IMG/VR virus record: IMGVR_UViG_3300020045_007828 | Coordinates: 1 to 37,883 of that record | Reading direction: 5' to 3' (one strand) | Length of the DNA stretch: 37,883 nucleotides | DNA from: a virus | Lineage: Duplodnaviria > Caudoviricetes | Shown here: positions 19,037 to 28,189 of the stretch, one piece after another | Numbering within the stretch: the stretch's first letter is position 1 | Layout: each line of letters begins with the position of its first letter | Translations under genes and position numbers: made by a program | Notes under the pieces: generated by a model | The model's input: only the letters and a program-made list of their open reading frames with translations | Database searches by the model: none | What the model was told of the DNA's origin: nothing

Positions 19037-19471
19037 TTAGTTCAGTTTGTCGTAAGTTTCACCAGAAGCAGCACTGTAACTTGCCATTGCTTTCTTCCAG
19101 GCTGGAACATCCGCTGACTGGGATGAAGCATCTGCAGTCATGTCAGGATTATCCGTACCGGTCATAGCATCAGCAAAGGTGTTGCCTTTGGTGGAAGCCG
19201 ATGTTTCCTGAACTTTAGGAGCCGCCGCCAAAATTGCTTTGGCAGAATCCACGTTCAGACCTTGTTCGCAAAGAACTTGAGCCATAGACTCACGACCTTT
19301 TGCTTCATCACAGCCCATAATGCCCATAATGCGAGCGCGTTCAGCAGTGGCACCTTCTTTCATGCCATCAGCCTTAGCAGCATCTACCTGAGCCTGAGTA
19401 ACAGCGACACCAGAGCTTTCGTTGCCGGACGTGGCACCCGTGGTCGCCTGCTGAGTAGTATCAGTAGCCAT
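19037..19471 (-). CDS. Putative nested scaffolding protein (Nu3-like internal start)
   Basis: In-frame ATG at 19471 preceded by GGGGAAATTTT, at the protease/scaffold boundary (MATDTTQQ). Confidence 0.6.
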   Translation of the reverse strand: MATDTTQQATTGATSGNESSGVAVTQAQVDAAKADGMKEGATAERARIMGIMGCDEAKGRESMAQVLCEQGLNVDSAKAILAAAPKVQETSASTKGNTFADAMTGTDNPDMTADASSQSADVPAWKKAMASYSAASGETYDKLN

Positions 19472-20329
19472 AAAATTTCCCCATGTTTTGCCGTTTAGTT
19501 CGGCCACGAACTCTGAAAGCGTCTCATCAGGAGATGCTACGGAGTCCACCAATCCCAGACTCAACGCTTCCTCTGCACCATACGTCAGTGCTTCGGTGTC
19601 ACGTATCGCTTGGGAACTCATCGAACGGTTGTTTGCAACCGTATCGACAAATAATGCGTAAGTCGTTTCCAACCTACTATCAATTCGTTTCTTCACTTCG
19701 TCGGGCAACGGCTCATAAGGGTTGCCATCAACCTTATGACTACCTTTGAACAACAGAGTAACGTTAATTCCAGACTTGTCCAGCATCTTGCTGTAATCGA
19801 CGTGCGCGGTTACAACACCGATGGAACCTACGCCACCGGTTACTGGCACAACAATCTTGCTGGCGGCTGATGCGAGCAGGTAAGCCGCACTGTATGCGTG
19901 GGCATTAACCATTGCGACAACCGGCTTCTCAGCAGAAACCGCTTTGATCTTCGCAGCAGTTTCAAACGCACCATCAACTTCGCCGCCGCCGGAATTAATG
20001 TCAAGGACGATACCTTGAACATCGTTATCCTGTAGCGCGAAGTCGAGCATTTTGGTGATGAAACCATAACCGGTGTAGCTGTAACCCTGCCAGTCCACCT
20101 TGTGATACAGCGTACCGTTAACAGGGATGACCGCGACATTGCCTTCCATTCGATAAGGCTTACGATCACCGCTGTAAGCAGCAGCCCACATCGCATCCAT
20201 CTGTGCAGATAGATCGTCAATGTGAAGCGCGTCACCCGTAGGGTTGTGCTTGAGGTAATCAGCAATCTGCTCATCAACCATCAACGGGCGATTGTGCAGG
20301 CGGGAACCCATATTAATCTTGGTTGTCAT
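19037..20329 (-). CDS. Prohead protease S49 (lambda gpC-like) with C-terminal scaffold
   Basis: LDINSGGGEV, AYSAAYLLAS, GSIGV and KVDGNPYEPL motifs. Scaffold-like AERARIMGI. Start 20329 chosen; 20311 is also possible. Confidence 0.92.
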   Translation of the reverse strand: MTTKINMGSRLHNRPLMVDEQIADYLKHNPTGDALHIDDLSAQMDAMWAAAYSGDRKPYRMEGNVAVIPVNGTLYHKVDWQGYSYTGYGFITKMLDFALQDNDVQGIVLDINSGGGEVDGAFETAAKIKAVSAEKPVVAMVNAHAYSAAYLLASAASKIVVPVTGGVGSIGVVTAHVDYSKMLDKSGINVTLLFKGSHKVDGNPYEPLPDEVKKRIDSRLETTYALFVDTVANNRSMSSQAIRDTEALTYGAEEALSLGLVDSVASPDETLSEFVAELNGKTWGNFMATDTTQQATTGATSGNESSGVAVTQAQVDAAKADGMKEGATAERARIMGIMGCDEAKGRESMAQVLCEQGLNVDSAKAILAAAPKVQETSASTKGNTFADAMTGTDNPDMTADASSQSADVPAWKKAMASYSAASGETYDKLN

Positions 20330-21929
20330 TGTTGTTTCCCGTATCAGTACTTTGGTTATCAGGTTGCGACTGCTGTTGTTGCTTACTGTTTTCACCCGAT
20401 GTGTTAAAGCTCAAACCCATTTCATCCATCATCGCCTTCTCACGTTGGCGTTGACGGAATACTTCACGGAAGTCATCACCGAAGCGCGCACATTCAACTT
20501 CGTAGGTACTCAAACCACCTTCAATACGCTTGAGCGCAGCTTGGGTTTCTTTGAGTTCATCAATCTGGCCACGTGATGCGCCGATCCACGTACAGTTGGT
20601 GTAAAAGTCTTTGTTCATGCCATCGTAGAAGCTTGGGGCATCAGGTGGAAGGAACTGTGCAAACTCACCACGGTTGTACGCTTCCTCAAACCAGAGGCGG
20701 TACATGTCGGTGGCGAACGCATCAGCGGCAGACTTTTTACGAGCCTGCATCATCTTCCAAGTCTGACCCATGGCTGCACGGGCAGATGAGTAATTCGTTT
20801 GGGTGAAGTCGCGGCTGAATTCTTCGTAACTCAAACCCAAACCTGCAGCAATGTTACGCAGCAGCGATGCTTCAAAGTTAGTGCCGATGCCACCAGGTTG
20901 ACCGGCGTTCTGCAGCTTCAACTTTGTGCCAGGGTAAGCATGTGGAATGCTTACACCATCGATCTTCATGTTGGGTGATTCACCGGTGTATGCAGCAATC
21001 GCAGACAAATAATCAGTGGCCCAGTTGTTTACGCTACCTGAACCATTACCACCGATTGACTCGAACGCTTCCATTGGGGGAAGGTCAGATTCAAGTACGG
21101 CGGCGTAGGTGGCATTCAGAACGGCGTTTTGCAATACGGTGTCGTGGTACTTTTTCGCCATCTTGGTTTCTTTAAGAACCGAAACCAGATCACCGATACC
21201 GCGAGACTGATCAACGCGCTGTTGCTCGAAGTAGTGCAAGACCATCTTGCGGCCCCACGGCTTGTAAGCGCGCACGGGCTTCCATCTGAACTGATCCATC
21301 TCGAAGTAATCCGCAGGAACGGATTCGCGGAACCAGTAGATGTACGGGGCACCGAAGGTGTCGGTCTGAATCCCCTTACGTAAATTCTTGTCGTCACTTT
21401 TGCCTTCAGGGTTACTGAGGCGAATAGGATCGATCATCTGGATTGCGGTGTTGTAGGGACGACCTACCTGGCGAATCCACTCAGCGGTGGCTACCGATTC
21501 ACCCACCACGACAGACTGTGCAACAGCGAGTCGCACAAGACCGGTGAGGGTGTTACGGCGTGACGCATCAATCCAGCAATCGGGACTTTCAGCATAGGCG
21601 GTGAAGCGTTGCTCAACGTATTCCTGGAACTTCTCAGCCCATTCAGACGTAAGCCCAAGCATCTTGAACATCGGTTTGGCGTTGAGGCGGTATAGGCCAC
21701 CAACGATAGAATCTTTGTAGGTTTGGATGCCGTTGTTGACATAACCGTCATTGCGCTCAAGGTCGAGGCTACGGGCATCAAGAGTGTCTTTCTCACGAAG
21801 GAGAGACGCATCGGCAGAGCGAAGGGGGCTGTGCCACAGGGCGAGTTCACGACTGAGGCGAGACGCACCATCGAAGCCACCGTTGTTGGCTCCTTGCTTC
21901 AGTGCGATTTGCTCAATCTTTACACCCAT
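20313..21929 (-). CDS. Portal protein, lambda family
   Basis: ARSLDLERND, QSRGI, IAAGLGLSYEEFSRDFTQTNYSSAR and IDELKE motifs. Confidence 0.95.
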   Translation of the reverse strand: MGVKIEQIALKQGANNGGFDGASRLSRELALWHSPLRSADASLLREKDTLDARSLDLERNDGYVNNGIQTYKDSIVGGLYRLNAKPMFKMLGLTSEWAEKFQEYVEQRFTAYAESPDCWIDASRRNTLTGLVRLAVAQSVVVGESVATAEWIRQVGRPYNTAIQMIDPIRLSNPEGKSDDKNLRKGIQTDTFGAPYIYWFRESVPADYFEMDQFRWKPVRAYKPWGRKMVLHYFEQQRVDQSRGIGDLVSVLKETKMAKKYHDTVLQNAVLNATYAAVLESDLPPMEAFESIGGNGSGSVNNWATDYLSAIAAYTGESPNMKIDGVSIPHAYPGTKLKLQNAGQPGGIGTNFEASLLRNIAAGLGLSYEEFSRDFTQTNYSSARAAMGQTWKMMQARKKSAADAFATDMYRLWFEEAYNRGEFAQFLPPDAPSFYDGMNKDFYTNCTWIGASRGQIDELKETQAALKRIEGGLSTYEVECARFGDDFREVFRQRQREKAMMDEMGLSFNTSGENSKQQQQSQPDNQSTDTGNNNDNQD

Positions 21930-22138
21930 TAGAAAAATACCTTCATCGGACGATTAAGCGAGGTGTTTGATAGTTTGTTTTGCAACGTTTGAATGTATTG
22001 TGCGAGTACGGCTTTGTCGGCAACGTTGAATTCAACACGCTCGCCATTTTGGTCTACTACCACACGGGGACTCTTACCGGTGACAAGTGCGTGGTACGCA
22101 TCCTGGGCTTGAGTGAGAAGTTCCTGAGTGGTTGCCAT
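21929..22138 (-). CDS. Head-tail adaptor gpW
   Basis: AQDAYHALVTG...DQNGERVEF...LAQYI. Lies between TerL and portal. Confidence 0.9.
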   Translation of the reverse strand: MATTQELLTQAQDAYHALVTGKSPRVVVDQNGERVEFNVADKAVLAQYIQTLQNKLSNTSLNRPMKVFF

Positions 22139-24234
22139 TAGCCTACCTTCTGCGCAAGTTTTCTTAGTTTGGTTAAGTTGTCGTCTTCGTCCTTCGGCTT
22201 GTGTTTAACACCGTTGGTTGTAACGGGGTCAGATACAAGTGGGTTTTCATCCCACGTTCGCGCCCAAGCTTGTTCAGGCTTATCCCAGTTAATCTTCTCG
22301 GCTCGCAGCGCTACACAAAGTGCGTAACAGTAAGCCAACAAGTCCCACGATTCGTTTCGCAGTTTCTTGAGATTTTCCCAAACACCTTTTGCGTTTCGCG
22401 TTTCAACACAAAGTTCTTTGAAGAAGTCCAGCGTTAACCAATCAGCAAATTCAATGTAACCGGCACCTGGTTCTTCACGCCCCAGTGCGGCATCCAACCA
22501 GTCTTTCAGAATATCGGTGTTCAGCATGAGTACGGGGATTTCCCCACGCGCACCAGCGTTACGATCCTTCCGGTCACTGTCTGGAAAACTCTTTTGCACA
22601 CGCGGTGCCGACTTGTGAGATGCGCCCTTGAGTAGATAAAAGCGACCAGCCAAACCTTGAGTTTTCAAGCGACGGTAGTATTCGTAGGCGCGAGTTGTTA
22701 CACCCGCACGTCCACCCGAATCACAGCCTACCAATTTTATTGACATTTGTCTACCTGATCCATCCTCCAACGGATAGGTTCTCTCGATAACTTGTGACGT
22801 AATTAAATCCCAGTCTTCAGGGTAGCTGGCAGGGTTGACCAGTTGACGCTCGTTGTCTTCGTCGCGGCGTTCTGATTTCTGAATATCGAATCGGTCGATC
22901 ACAACGAGGTCAACGGTATTTGCACCAGGTTTGACACCGTGTACTTGCACTACGAACTTGTGCTTCTGCACGTCGATGGTGGCAACGATGAAGCGTACAC
23001 CAATGGGCACAACACGTTCACCAAAGTCACCGGCGCGCTGCATCAGGTCTTCGGGTGAACGGGCATCACGCAGCTTCGGTGGAATGTACGGCTCACCCTG
23101 GTCGGTGTTGTACGTGGTCTTCAGTGGGCGATCATTACCGGTGGACTCGTATTCTTGGTAGGCGAGTAGGTAGTTGATCACCAGGGTTTTCCACTGACCA
23201 AATGCCGTGGCCGGACCCTTCACCCAAAATGAGGCAATGTCGGATCGACGGGGTGTTCCACCACGGTTGCCAAACTTGTCGATAGTTTCACCGTCGCGCA
23301 ACCAAACCGCATTCAGATTCAGTTCGTACTTCTGGTGAAACTCGATACACGCTCCATTTTGCTCAAAGCAATGCGGGCACGCAATATATGCGTTTTCAGC
23401 GCAATACATTAGGTCATCGGATTCGGGCCAACGCATTAGTGCGAAGGATGGCTCAAAGTATTCACCGCAGTGTGGGCACTTCCAGTAAAGCCGACGACGA
23501 TCACCACGGTTGTAGATACCGAGTATACCTTCACATGGGGGTGCTTCATGTGGGGTCGATGGTGTCCACCGGTGATCGATGATGTCTTTGGATGGTGACG
23601 ACTCAACGTAAGCCATACCCAAGCGCTTATACGAGTTGGTACGACGGCGGAAAAGGTCAAACCCCGCACCTTCACCCCCAATGTCTTCTGGCCAACGATC
23701 ATAGTCTGTACCAGCTACGCGACGAATGGTTTTACCACTGAGTGCATTTACCGTTGGCCACGCAATACTGAGCACGGTGCCAGACTTGAACATCTTGTCA
23801 AAGGTGTTATCTGCTGAACTGGTGTTGAGCATCCGACTCCCCAATTCGGGAGAGTGTCGAAGCATCCGGTCAACTTTCATCATCGAGAAGTTGCGCGCTT
23901 CAGTCTGACTCTTTTCCACCAGCATGTAGTCACTGGGATCACAAGTGACGTTGTACGCAAGCCAATTTAGTATTATTTCCGATTTACCGCTCTGCGCGGG
24001 GGCCACGAAACAGACCGCTGAGAAGTCCCTAGATTCGAGGGTATCCATCACTTCACGGTTATACGGCACCATGTCGTTATCCCACGGGCCAACGTAGGCG
24101 GGTGGGTTGTATACGATTCGGTACTTCGCCGCCGCATCGCTGACGCTGATACGTTCAGGGGGAAGGAGGATTTCACTCAAGTCACCGACAATCTCTTTCA
24201 GGGTGCCGTAGCGCTTTTGCACGAAGTCGTTCAT
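22138..24234 (-). CDS. Terminase large subunit, lambda gpA family
   Basis: Walker A APAQSGKSE, ESSP, CPHC zinc motifs, TIDVQ, CDSGG and RNESWDLLAY. Confidence 0.96.
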   Translation of the reverse strand: MNDFVQKRYGTLKEIVGDLSEILLPPERISVSDAAAKYRIVYNPPAYVGPWDNDMVPYNREVMDTLESRDFSAVCFVAPAQSGKSEIILNWLAYNVTCDPSDYMLVEKSQTEARNFSMMKVDRMLRHSPELGSRMLNTSSADNTFDKMFKSGTVLSIAWPTVNALSGKTIRRVAGTDYDRWPEDIGGEGAGFDLFRRRTNSYKRLGMAYVESSPSKDIIDHRWTPSTPHEAPPCEGILGIYNRGDRRRLYWKCPHCGEYFEPSFALMRWPESDDLMYCAENAYIACPHCFEQNGACIEFHQKYELNLNAVWLRDGETIDKFGNRGGTPRRSDIASFWVKGPATAFGQWKTLVINYLLAYQEYESTGNDRPLKTTYNTDQGEPYIPPKLRDARSPEDLMQRAGDFGERVVPIGVRFIVATIDVQKHKFVVQVHGVKPGANTVDLVVIDRFDIQKSERRDEDNERQLVNPASYPEDWDLITSQVIERTYPLEDGSGRQMSIKLVGCDSGGRAGVTTRAYEYYRRLKTQGLAGRFYLLKGASHKSAPRVQKSFPDSDRKDRNAGARGEIPVLMLNTDILKDWLDAALGREEPGAGYIEFADWLTLDFFKELCVETRNAKGVWENLKKLRNESWDLLAYCYALCVALRAEKINWDKPEQAWARTWDENPLVSDPVTTNGVKHKPKDEDDNLTKLRKLAQKVG

Positions 24235-24761
24235 AGCAGCCCCAATTCGCGCAGTTCCGCATCAGCGTCACTTTCATCGGGCATCGACTCATCTTCGCCC
24301 GTATCCATCACCAGAAGCTTCTGGCGGGTGTCGTTGAGCAGGGTGTCACCGAAGGTCTTGGCTTTGACGATTACTTCTGGGGGAAGCCCTGACTCGTGTT
24401 CCAGCGCATCGATGAATACAACGGTGGATTCGCGGAACTGCTTGAACACCTGGGCAAAGATTTGAACCACTTTGGAGGTGCGCCACAAGTCACCGGCGTT
24501 TTCCTCAAACTTCTGCTTCTTGAGTTGGGCATCCCAATAATCTTTTTCACGCTCAGCAGCGCGGCGGGTGCCAGCACCAACTTCGAGTAGCAAGGGTGCC
24601 GCTTCGGAAACTTTGTAAATCGGATGGGATGCACGAACCCCCGATGGCGTTAACCCACGCAAGCGATCCGTTACGGTACGACGATCCATCGCAAACAATT
24701 CAGCGAGTTGATTGATCGATGCACCATGAACGATGTCTGCGTAAGTTACGACAGCCCCCAA
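24231..24761 (-). CDS. Terminase small subunit (DUF1441/Nu1-like)
   Basis: N-terminal HTH (SINQLAELFAMDRRTV) and KDYWDAQ...GDLWRT. In-frame TTG at 24761 with a GAGG RBS. The longer ORF-track start runs into non-coding repeats. Confidence 0.85.
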   Translation of the reverse strand: MGAVVTYADIVHGASINQLAELFAMDRRTVTDRLRGLTPSGVRASHPIYKVSEAAPLLLEVGAGTRRAAEREKDYWDAQLKKQKFEENAGDLWRTSKVVQIFAQVFKQFRESTVVFIDALEHESGLPPEVIVKAKTFGDTLLNDTRQKLLVMDTGEDESMPDESDADAELRELGLL

Positions 24762-24807
24762 ACTAAACCTCACAATATTATTTAAAACTGTTGTTGCTAG
24801 TGTACAA

Positions 24808-24820
24808 CAAATAATTGATT
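24808..24820 (-). promoter_or_regulatory. IHF consensus site upstream of terS
   Basis: Minus strand AATCAATTATTTG matches WATCAANNNNTTR. Confidence 0.45.
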
Positions 24821-24889
24821 TTTGGATAGGAGCAGTTGTTTTTATGGAGGGTATAACTATTGCGTCACCAAGGTGATTTACGTCGAATT

Positions 24890-25191
24890 TGTAACTAATG
24901 TAACCAATGTAACTGTAACTAATCAATTTAGGAGCTGCGCGTAAATTCCCACACACCCCCACCAAGGGGCGTTACCAACCCCCTTATTATCTATTTATTA
25001 TTATTATTACTTTTTATTAAAAATTAGTTACATTAGTTACAGATAGAAAAATATCAATGAAATCAATGGTTTCGAGTGTAACCAGATGTTAGTTACATTA
25101 GTTACGTTTTGACCCTTATTAGTTACAAATTTGATTGACGACTTCAATACATGTATAAACGTACCGTCAAAAGTGTAACTAATTAGTTACA
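24890..25191. repeat. Iteron array (TGTAACYAA) around an AT-rich core; probable replication origin
   Basis: Forward copies at 24890, 24899, 24908 (partial), 24914 and 25077. Reverse copies at 25024, 25033, 25089, 25098 and 25119. Perfect palindrome TGTAACTAATTAGTTACA at 25174-25191. Almost pure A/T tract at 24984-25023. Confidence 0.8.
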
Positions 25192-25208
25192 GAAAAAAAG
25201 GAGCAGTC

Positions 25209-25391
25209 GTGAAGGTCAAAGAAATCGTCAAACAGCTTCGCACTGAAGCAAAGCAGTTGAACAGGGCGGCAGATATGATTGAAGGTTCAATGCAGAAAAG
25301 CGGTCCAGGGCGACCACCCAAAGTAGTGACGCAGGGGACAAAACGACGAGGTAGGCCACCGAAGAAGAAGGCTGAAGAACCGAAGTCCTGA
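25209..25391 (+). CDS. Small basic protein with two AT-hook motifs
   Basis: AAGGAG RBS, GTG start, helical N-terminus, PGRPPK and KRRGRPPKK motifs, followed by a terminator. Confidence 0.8.
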   Translation: MKVKEIVKQLRTEAKQLNRAADMIEGSMQKSGPGRPPKVVTQGTKRRGRPPKKKAEEPKS

Positions 25392-25394
25392 TAC

Positions 25395-25427
25395 AAAAAA
25401 AGCCGCTGATTCACACCAGCGGCTTTT
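25395..25427. terminator. Bidirectional intrinsic terminator
   Basis: A-run, AGCCGCTG-ATTCACAC-CAGCGGCT, T-run, between convergent genes. Confidence 0.85.
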
Positions 25428-25432
25428 CTCTT

Positions 25433-27757
25433 TTAGAACTCAACACGTATGTGTTCGGATAGTGCTTCCATGTTCAACCTGACACCCGAATAGAATTTAG
25501 CAACCGTACCGTTTTCCCTTACAGGTACACTTTTTACATTTGGTAATATTGAAGTCATTCGTTTACCAAACTGTTTATTGTAGATCGCCTTCATATCAAT
25601 CTCAGCACAGAAGCGCTCATACAGGTCATACACTTCACCCACTGACACCTTCGATTCTGGATCAATAATTATGAACTTCTCAATGAAGGTTTTGATGGGG
25701 TTAGCCAGTTCACGCAACTCCTTCGCTTCTTCGAGACTGCGCTTCGGTTCAATAAAGCGACCCGTAACACCTAAGTCCATCAGCCCCTTCACAGCCCAAT
25801 TAAAGATACCTTGAACTTCGGCTTCCAGCTTATTCACCAGACGCACATCTTCACGACCTGCGAACGACACGCGGAACGGTAACACCATATAACGGTTGAA
25901 CAGTGCATCGTATTCATCAGCGAAGCGGGGCACCTGGTTAGCCACCAACGTGATGCGTGCGGGAATGTGACCCACGGCAATCGACTTGAACTTCCGGTTC
26001 ACCGATACAACGTCACCCGATGTAATGTTCAACAGTGCTTCGCGCACCGAGTTGATCTTGGACTTCTCAACCTGCACCGCATCGGGCACAACCACTGACT
26101 TAGCGTGCATCATGCCTTCCAAACCAAAGTCGGTGGTGAACGCACGTAAGCTGGTGCCCACGTAGTTATCCTTGCCGACCAACAGTTGCAAGATGTGCAT
26201 GATCGTACCTTTACCTGAACGCGACTCACCGGCTGCGATCAACATTTTCTGGAAGCGGTAATCGTAGATAATGTTGTAGCCGAACCACTGCTGCAGTAGT
26301 CGTATACAATCCTTATCGCCTTCAAACACATCAACCAAAAACTTATCCCAAACTGGGCACGTCGCGGTATCGTCATAGTCGAAGTCGAGGTGATTGAGTA
26401 CCCAATGTTTAGGTGAGTGCGGCAGAATCGCAAGATCAGCCAATCCCATATCCCAACCATCAAAATCGATCACGCCGTTCTTAAAGCAAATTTTTGTCTT
26501 GCTAATAGTGAACGTCTTTCTGGTGGCAAAGCGCTTAACCGCCTTAATGGTGTTATTGATCTGCCCCATCGACATGTCTTTGGCACCACGGCTCATTGCG
26601 ATATGCACGTCACTTTCAAACTGTTCGTCGTCCAACTTCTGCCAGTATTTTTGGTTGTACTTATAGAACTGTTGTTCCTGACGCACCAATGGTGTTTCGT
26701 GTGATAGAAAAAGTAGTGCGTTTCGGTTAAAATTGTTCTTAACGTATTCAACTTTGTCTTTTGAACTGGTTGTTTCGTTTTCTGTACTGGTTTGCTCAAT
26801 AGTAAATTCATCCTGTTCGGTATCATCAACCATGGTGTCGAACAGGTTTTTTTCTTCTTCTACCTGCCTGAATAACTTCGCCACGGTGTACTTCCACACC
26901 CATTCCATCGCTGATTGACGATTACCGCGACGCTCGGTAGCTGGCATCCCCAAATAGAAGTTGTCATCGGTGAGAATCGTCAGGATCGTTTCTTTATTTG
27001 CACCGGCATAAACCATCTGCCGCGATACAAAGAACATCGCAAGTGAGCGATCTGGCTGACCATCGTGATTGGCAAAATCCTCGATACCTTCACCGTTGCG
27101 AATCAAGTTGCGGGTGTAGTCGTCAATATTGAGTTCGTCCAACGATATAATTTTCGCATCGTTATCCCAGTCAAAATCTGCAGCAATAAAGCTTTCTACT
27201 GACTTGGCACCGAACCAGTTTTCGTAGAGTTCACGAACCTGTTCTGGGCGTTCGTTTACAACACCTTTACCGTCGATGATGTCAGCGGTGATCGTGAAGA
27301 ACCGGCCTTCCTGATAAATCTCATGGCCCGTTTTATTGTCACAGTGACCACTACCAGGTAAGCGCCCACGGCAAATAACGTGCAACCCGTTACCGGAAAC
27401 TGACCGTTCACTATAGCTGTCGAGCAGACTGACAACTTCGCGACCATCATCATTCAGATTACCGTCTTCATCAAAGCACCCATCAACGTCTACACCGATG
27501 AAGTCATCATCCGGTGTAAATACGAAACCGATACCGTCAAAACCACCTTCGAGTAGATAGGTGTCGCACGCTTCATCAAAGGTGCCCCAGTCTGCGCGCT
27601 TGGTGGAACTGGCTTTATATCCTTTGGGTGAGTAGGGAATCTTGGTGAATTCGCCTGGTCTATCTTTCTTGGGTACTGACTTCCACACAACCCACTGGTG
27701 ACGTGAGGCGAGTGCTTCTGGAACCTCGCTTATCCGAGGCTCTATGATTCTGCTCAT
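25433..27757 (-). CDS. Primase-polymerase / SF3 helicase fusion (NrS-1-like prim-pol plus D5/P4-type helicase)
   Basis: QWVVW...KIPY, GIGFVF...GVDVDGC, SVSGNGLHV, EIYQEGRFFTIT. Walker A GESRSGKGT, ITSGDVVSVNRKF and a C-terminal winged helix. Confidence 0.92.
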   Translation of the reverse strand: MSRIIEPRISEVPEALASRHQWVVWKSVPKKDRPGEFTKIPYSPKGYKASSTKRADWGTFDEACDTYLLEGGFDGIGFVFTPDDDFIGVDVDGCFDEDGNLNDDGREVVSLLDSYSERSVSGNGLHVICRGRLPGSGHCDNKTGHEIYQEGRFFTITADIIDGKGVVNERPEQVRELYENWFGAKSVESFIAADFDWDNDAKIISLDELNIDDYTRNLIRNGEGIEDFANHDGQPDRSLAMFFVSRQMVYAGANKETILTILTDDNFYLGMPATERRGNRQSAMEWVWKYTVAKLFRQVEEEKNLFDTMVDDTEQDEFTIEQTSTENETTSSKDKVEYVKNNFNRNALLFLSHETPLVRQEQQFYKYNQKYWQKLDDEQFESDVHIAMSRGAKDMSMGQINNTIKAVKRFATRKTFTISKTKICFKNGVIDFDGWDMGLADLAILPHSPKHWVLNHLDFDYDDTATCPVWDKFLVDVFEGDKDCIRLLQQWFGYNIIYDYRFQKMLIAAGESRSGKGTIMHILQLLVGKDNYVGTSLRAFTTDFGLEGMMHAKSVVVPDAVQVEKSKINSVREALLNITSGDVVSVNRKFKSIAVGHIPARITLVANQVPRFADEYDALFNRYMVLPFRVSFAGREDVRLVNKLEAEVQGIFNWAVKGLMDLGVTGRFIEPKRSLEEAKELRELANPIKTFIEKFIIIDPESKVSVGEVYDLYERFCAEIDMKAIYNKQFGKRMTSILPNVKSVPVRENGTVAKFYSGVRLNMEALSEHIRVEF

Positions 27758-27769
27758 AAGTGCCTCGGA

Positions 27770-28030
27770 TTATTTTAGATATTTAGAAACCGCATTAATT
27801 TCTTCTATTTCTGCAACAGCCATTTCTACGGCTTTCACTTCACCACGGGTTAACACTTCCAGCTTCATAGCCATCTTCAGTGGCACGGTGCCACGGTTGA
27901 TGCAGGTGTAAATCCAACTGGCTGTTGTATTAATAGCGACTTGCAATTTTAACTTACCGCCACAGTTAGCTTGCGCGAGTTGAAATGCCTCCTTTATCTT
28001 TTCCTGCTGTGGTGTTAATTGTTTAGACAT
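27770..28030 (-). CDS. Cro/YdaS-like HTH transcriptional regulator
   Basis: CGGKLKLQVAINTTASWIYTCINRGTVP...LEVLTRGEV. GAGG RBS. First gene of the leftward unit. Confidence 0.7.
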   Translation of the reverse strand: MSKQLTPQQEKIKEAFQLAQANCGGKLKLQVAINTTASWIYTCINRGTVPLKMAMKLEVLTRGEVKAVEMAVAEIEEINAVSKYLK

Positions 28031-28067
28031 CAAGTATTACCTCATTAATTGTTTAACGTGAGTTGAC

Positions 28068-28096
28068 AGTATAGGGCTGTTAAAAAAAAGAAGCAA
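28068..28096 (-). promoter_or_regulatory. Leftward sigma70-like promoter
   Basis: Minus strand TTGCTT-17 bp-TATACT. Confidence 0.65.
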
Positions 28097-28103
28097 CTAA
28101 CAG

Positions 28104-28132
28104 TTGACGACACAATCAATGAAGTGTAGAGT
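28104..28132 (+). promoter_or_regulatory. Rightward sigma70-like promoter
   Basis: TTGACG-17 bp-TAGAGT. Confidence 0.65.
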
Positions 28133-28189
28133 TCAACCTGTAGTAACGAAACTACTTAACACCAACATAAACCAATGAGGTATCAAACC

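Noticed and set aside
24762-24965. N-terminal extension of TerS in the ORF track
   Set aside because: It translates the iteron repeats (ISYSYIGYISY) and AT-rich DNA. A better RBS and start lie at 24761.
24890-25191. Repeat cluster as a CRISPR array
   Set aside because: The units are 9 bp, in mixed orientation, without regular unique spacers.
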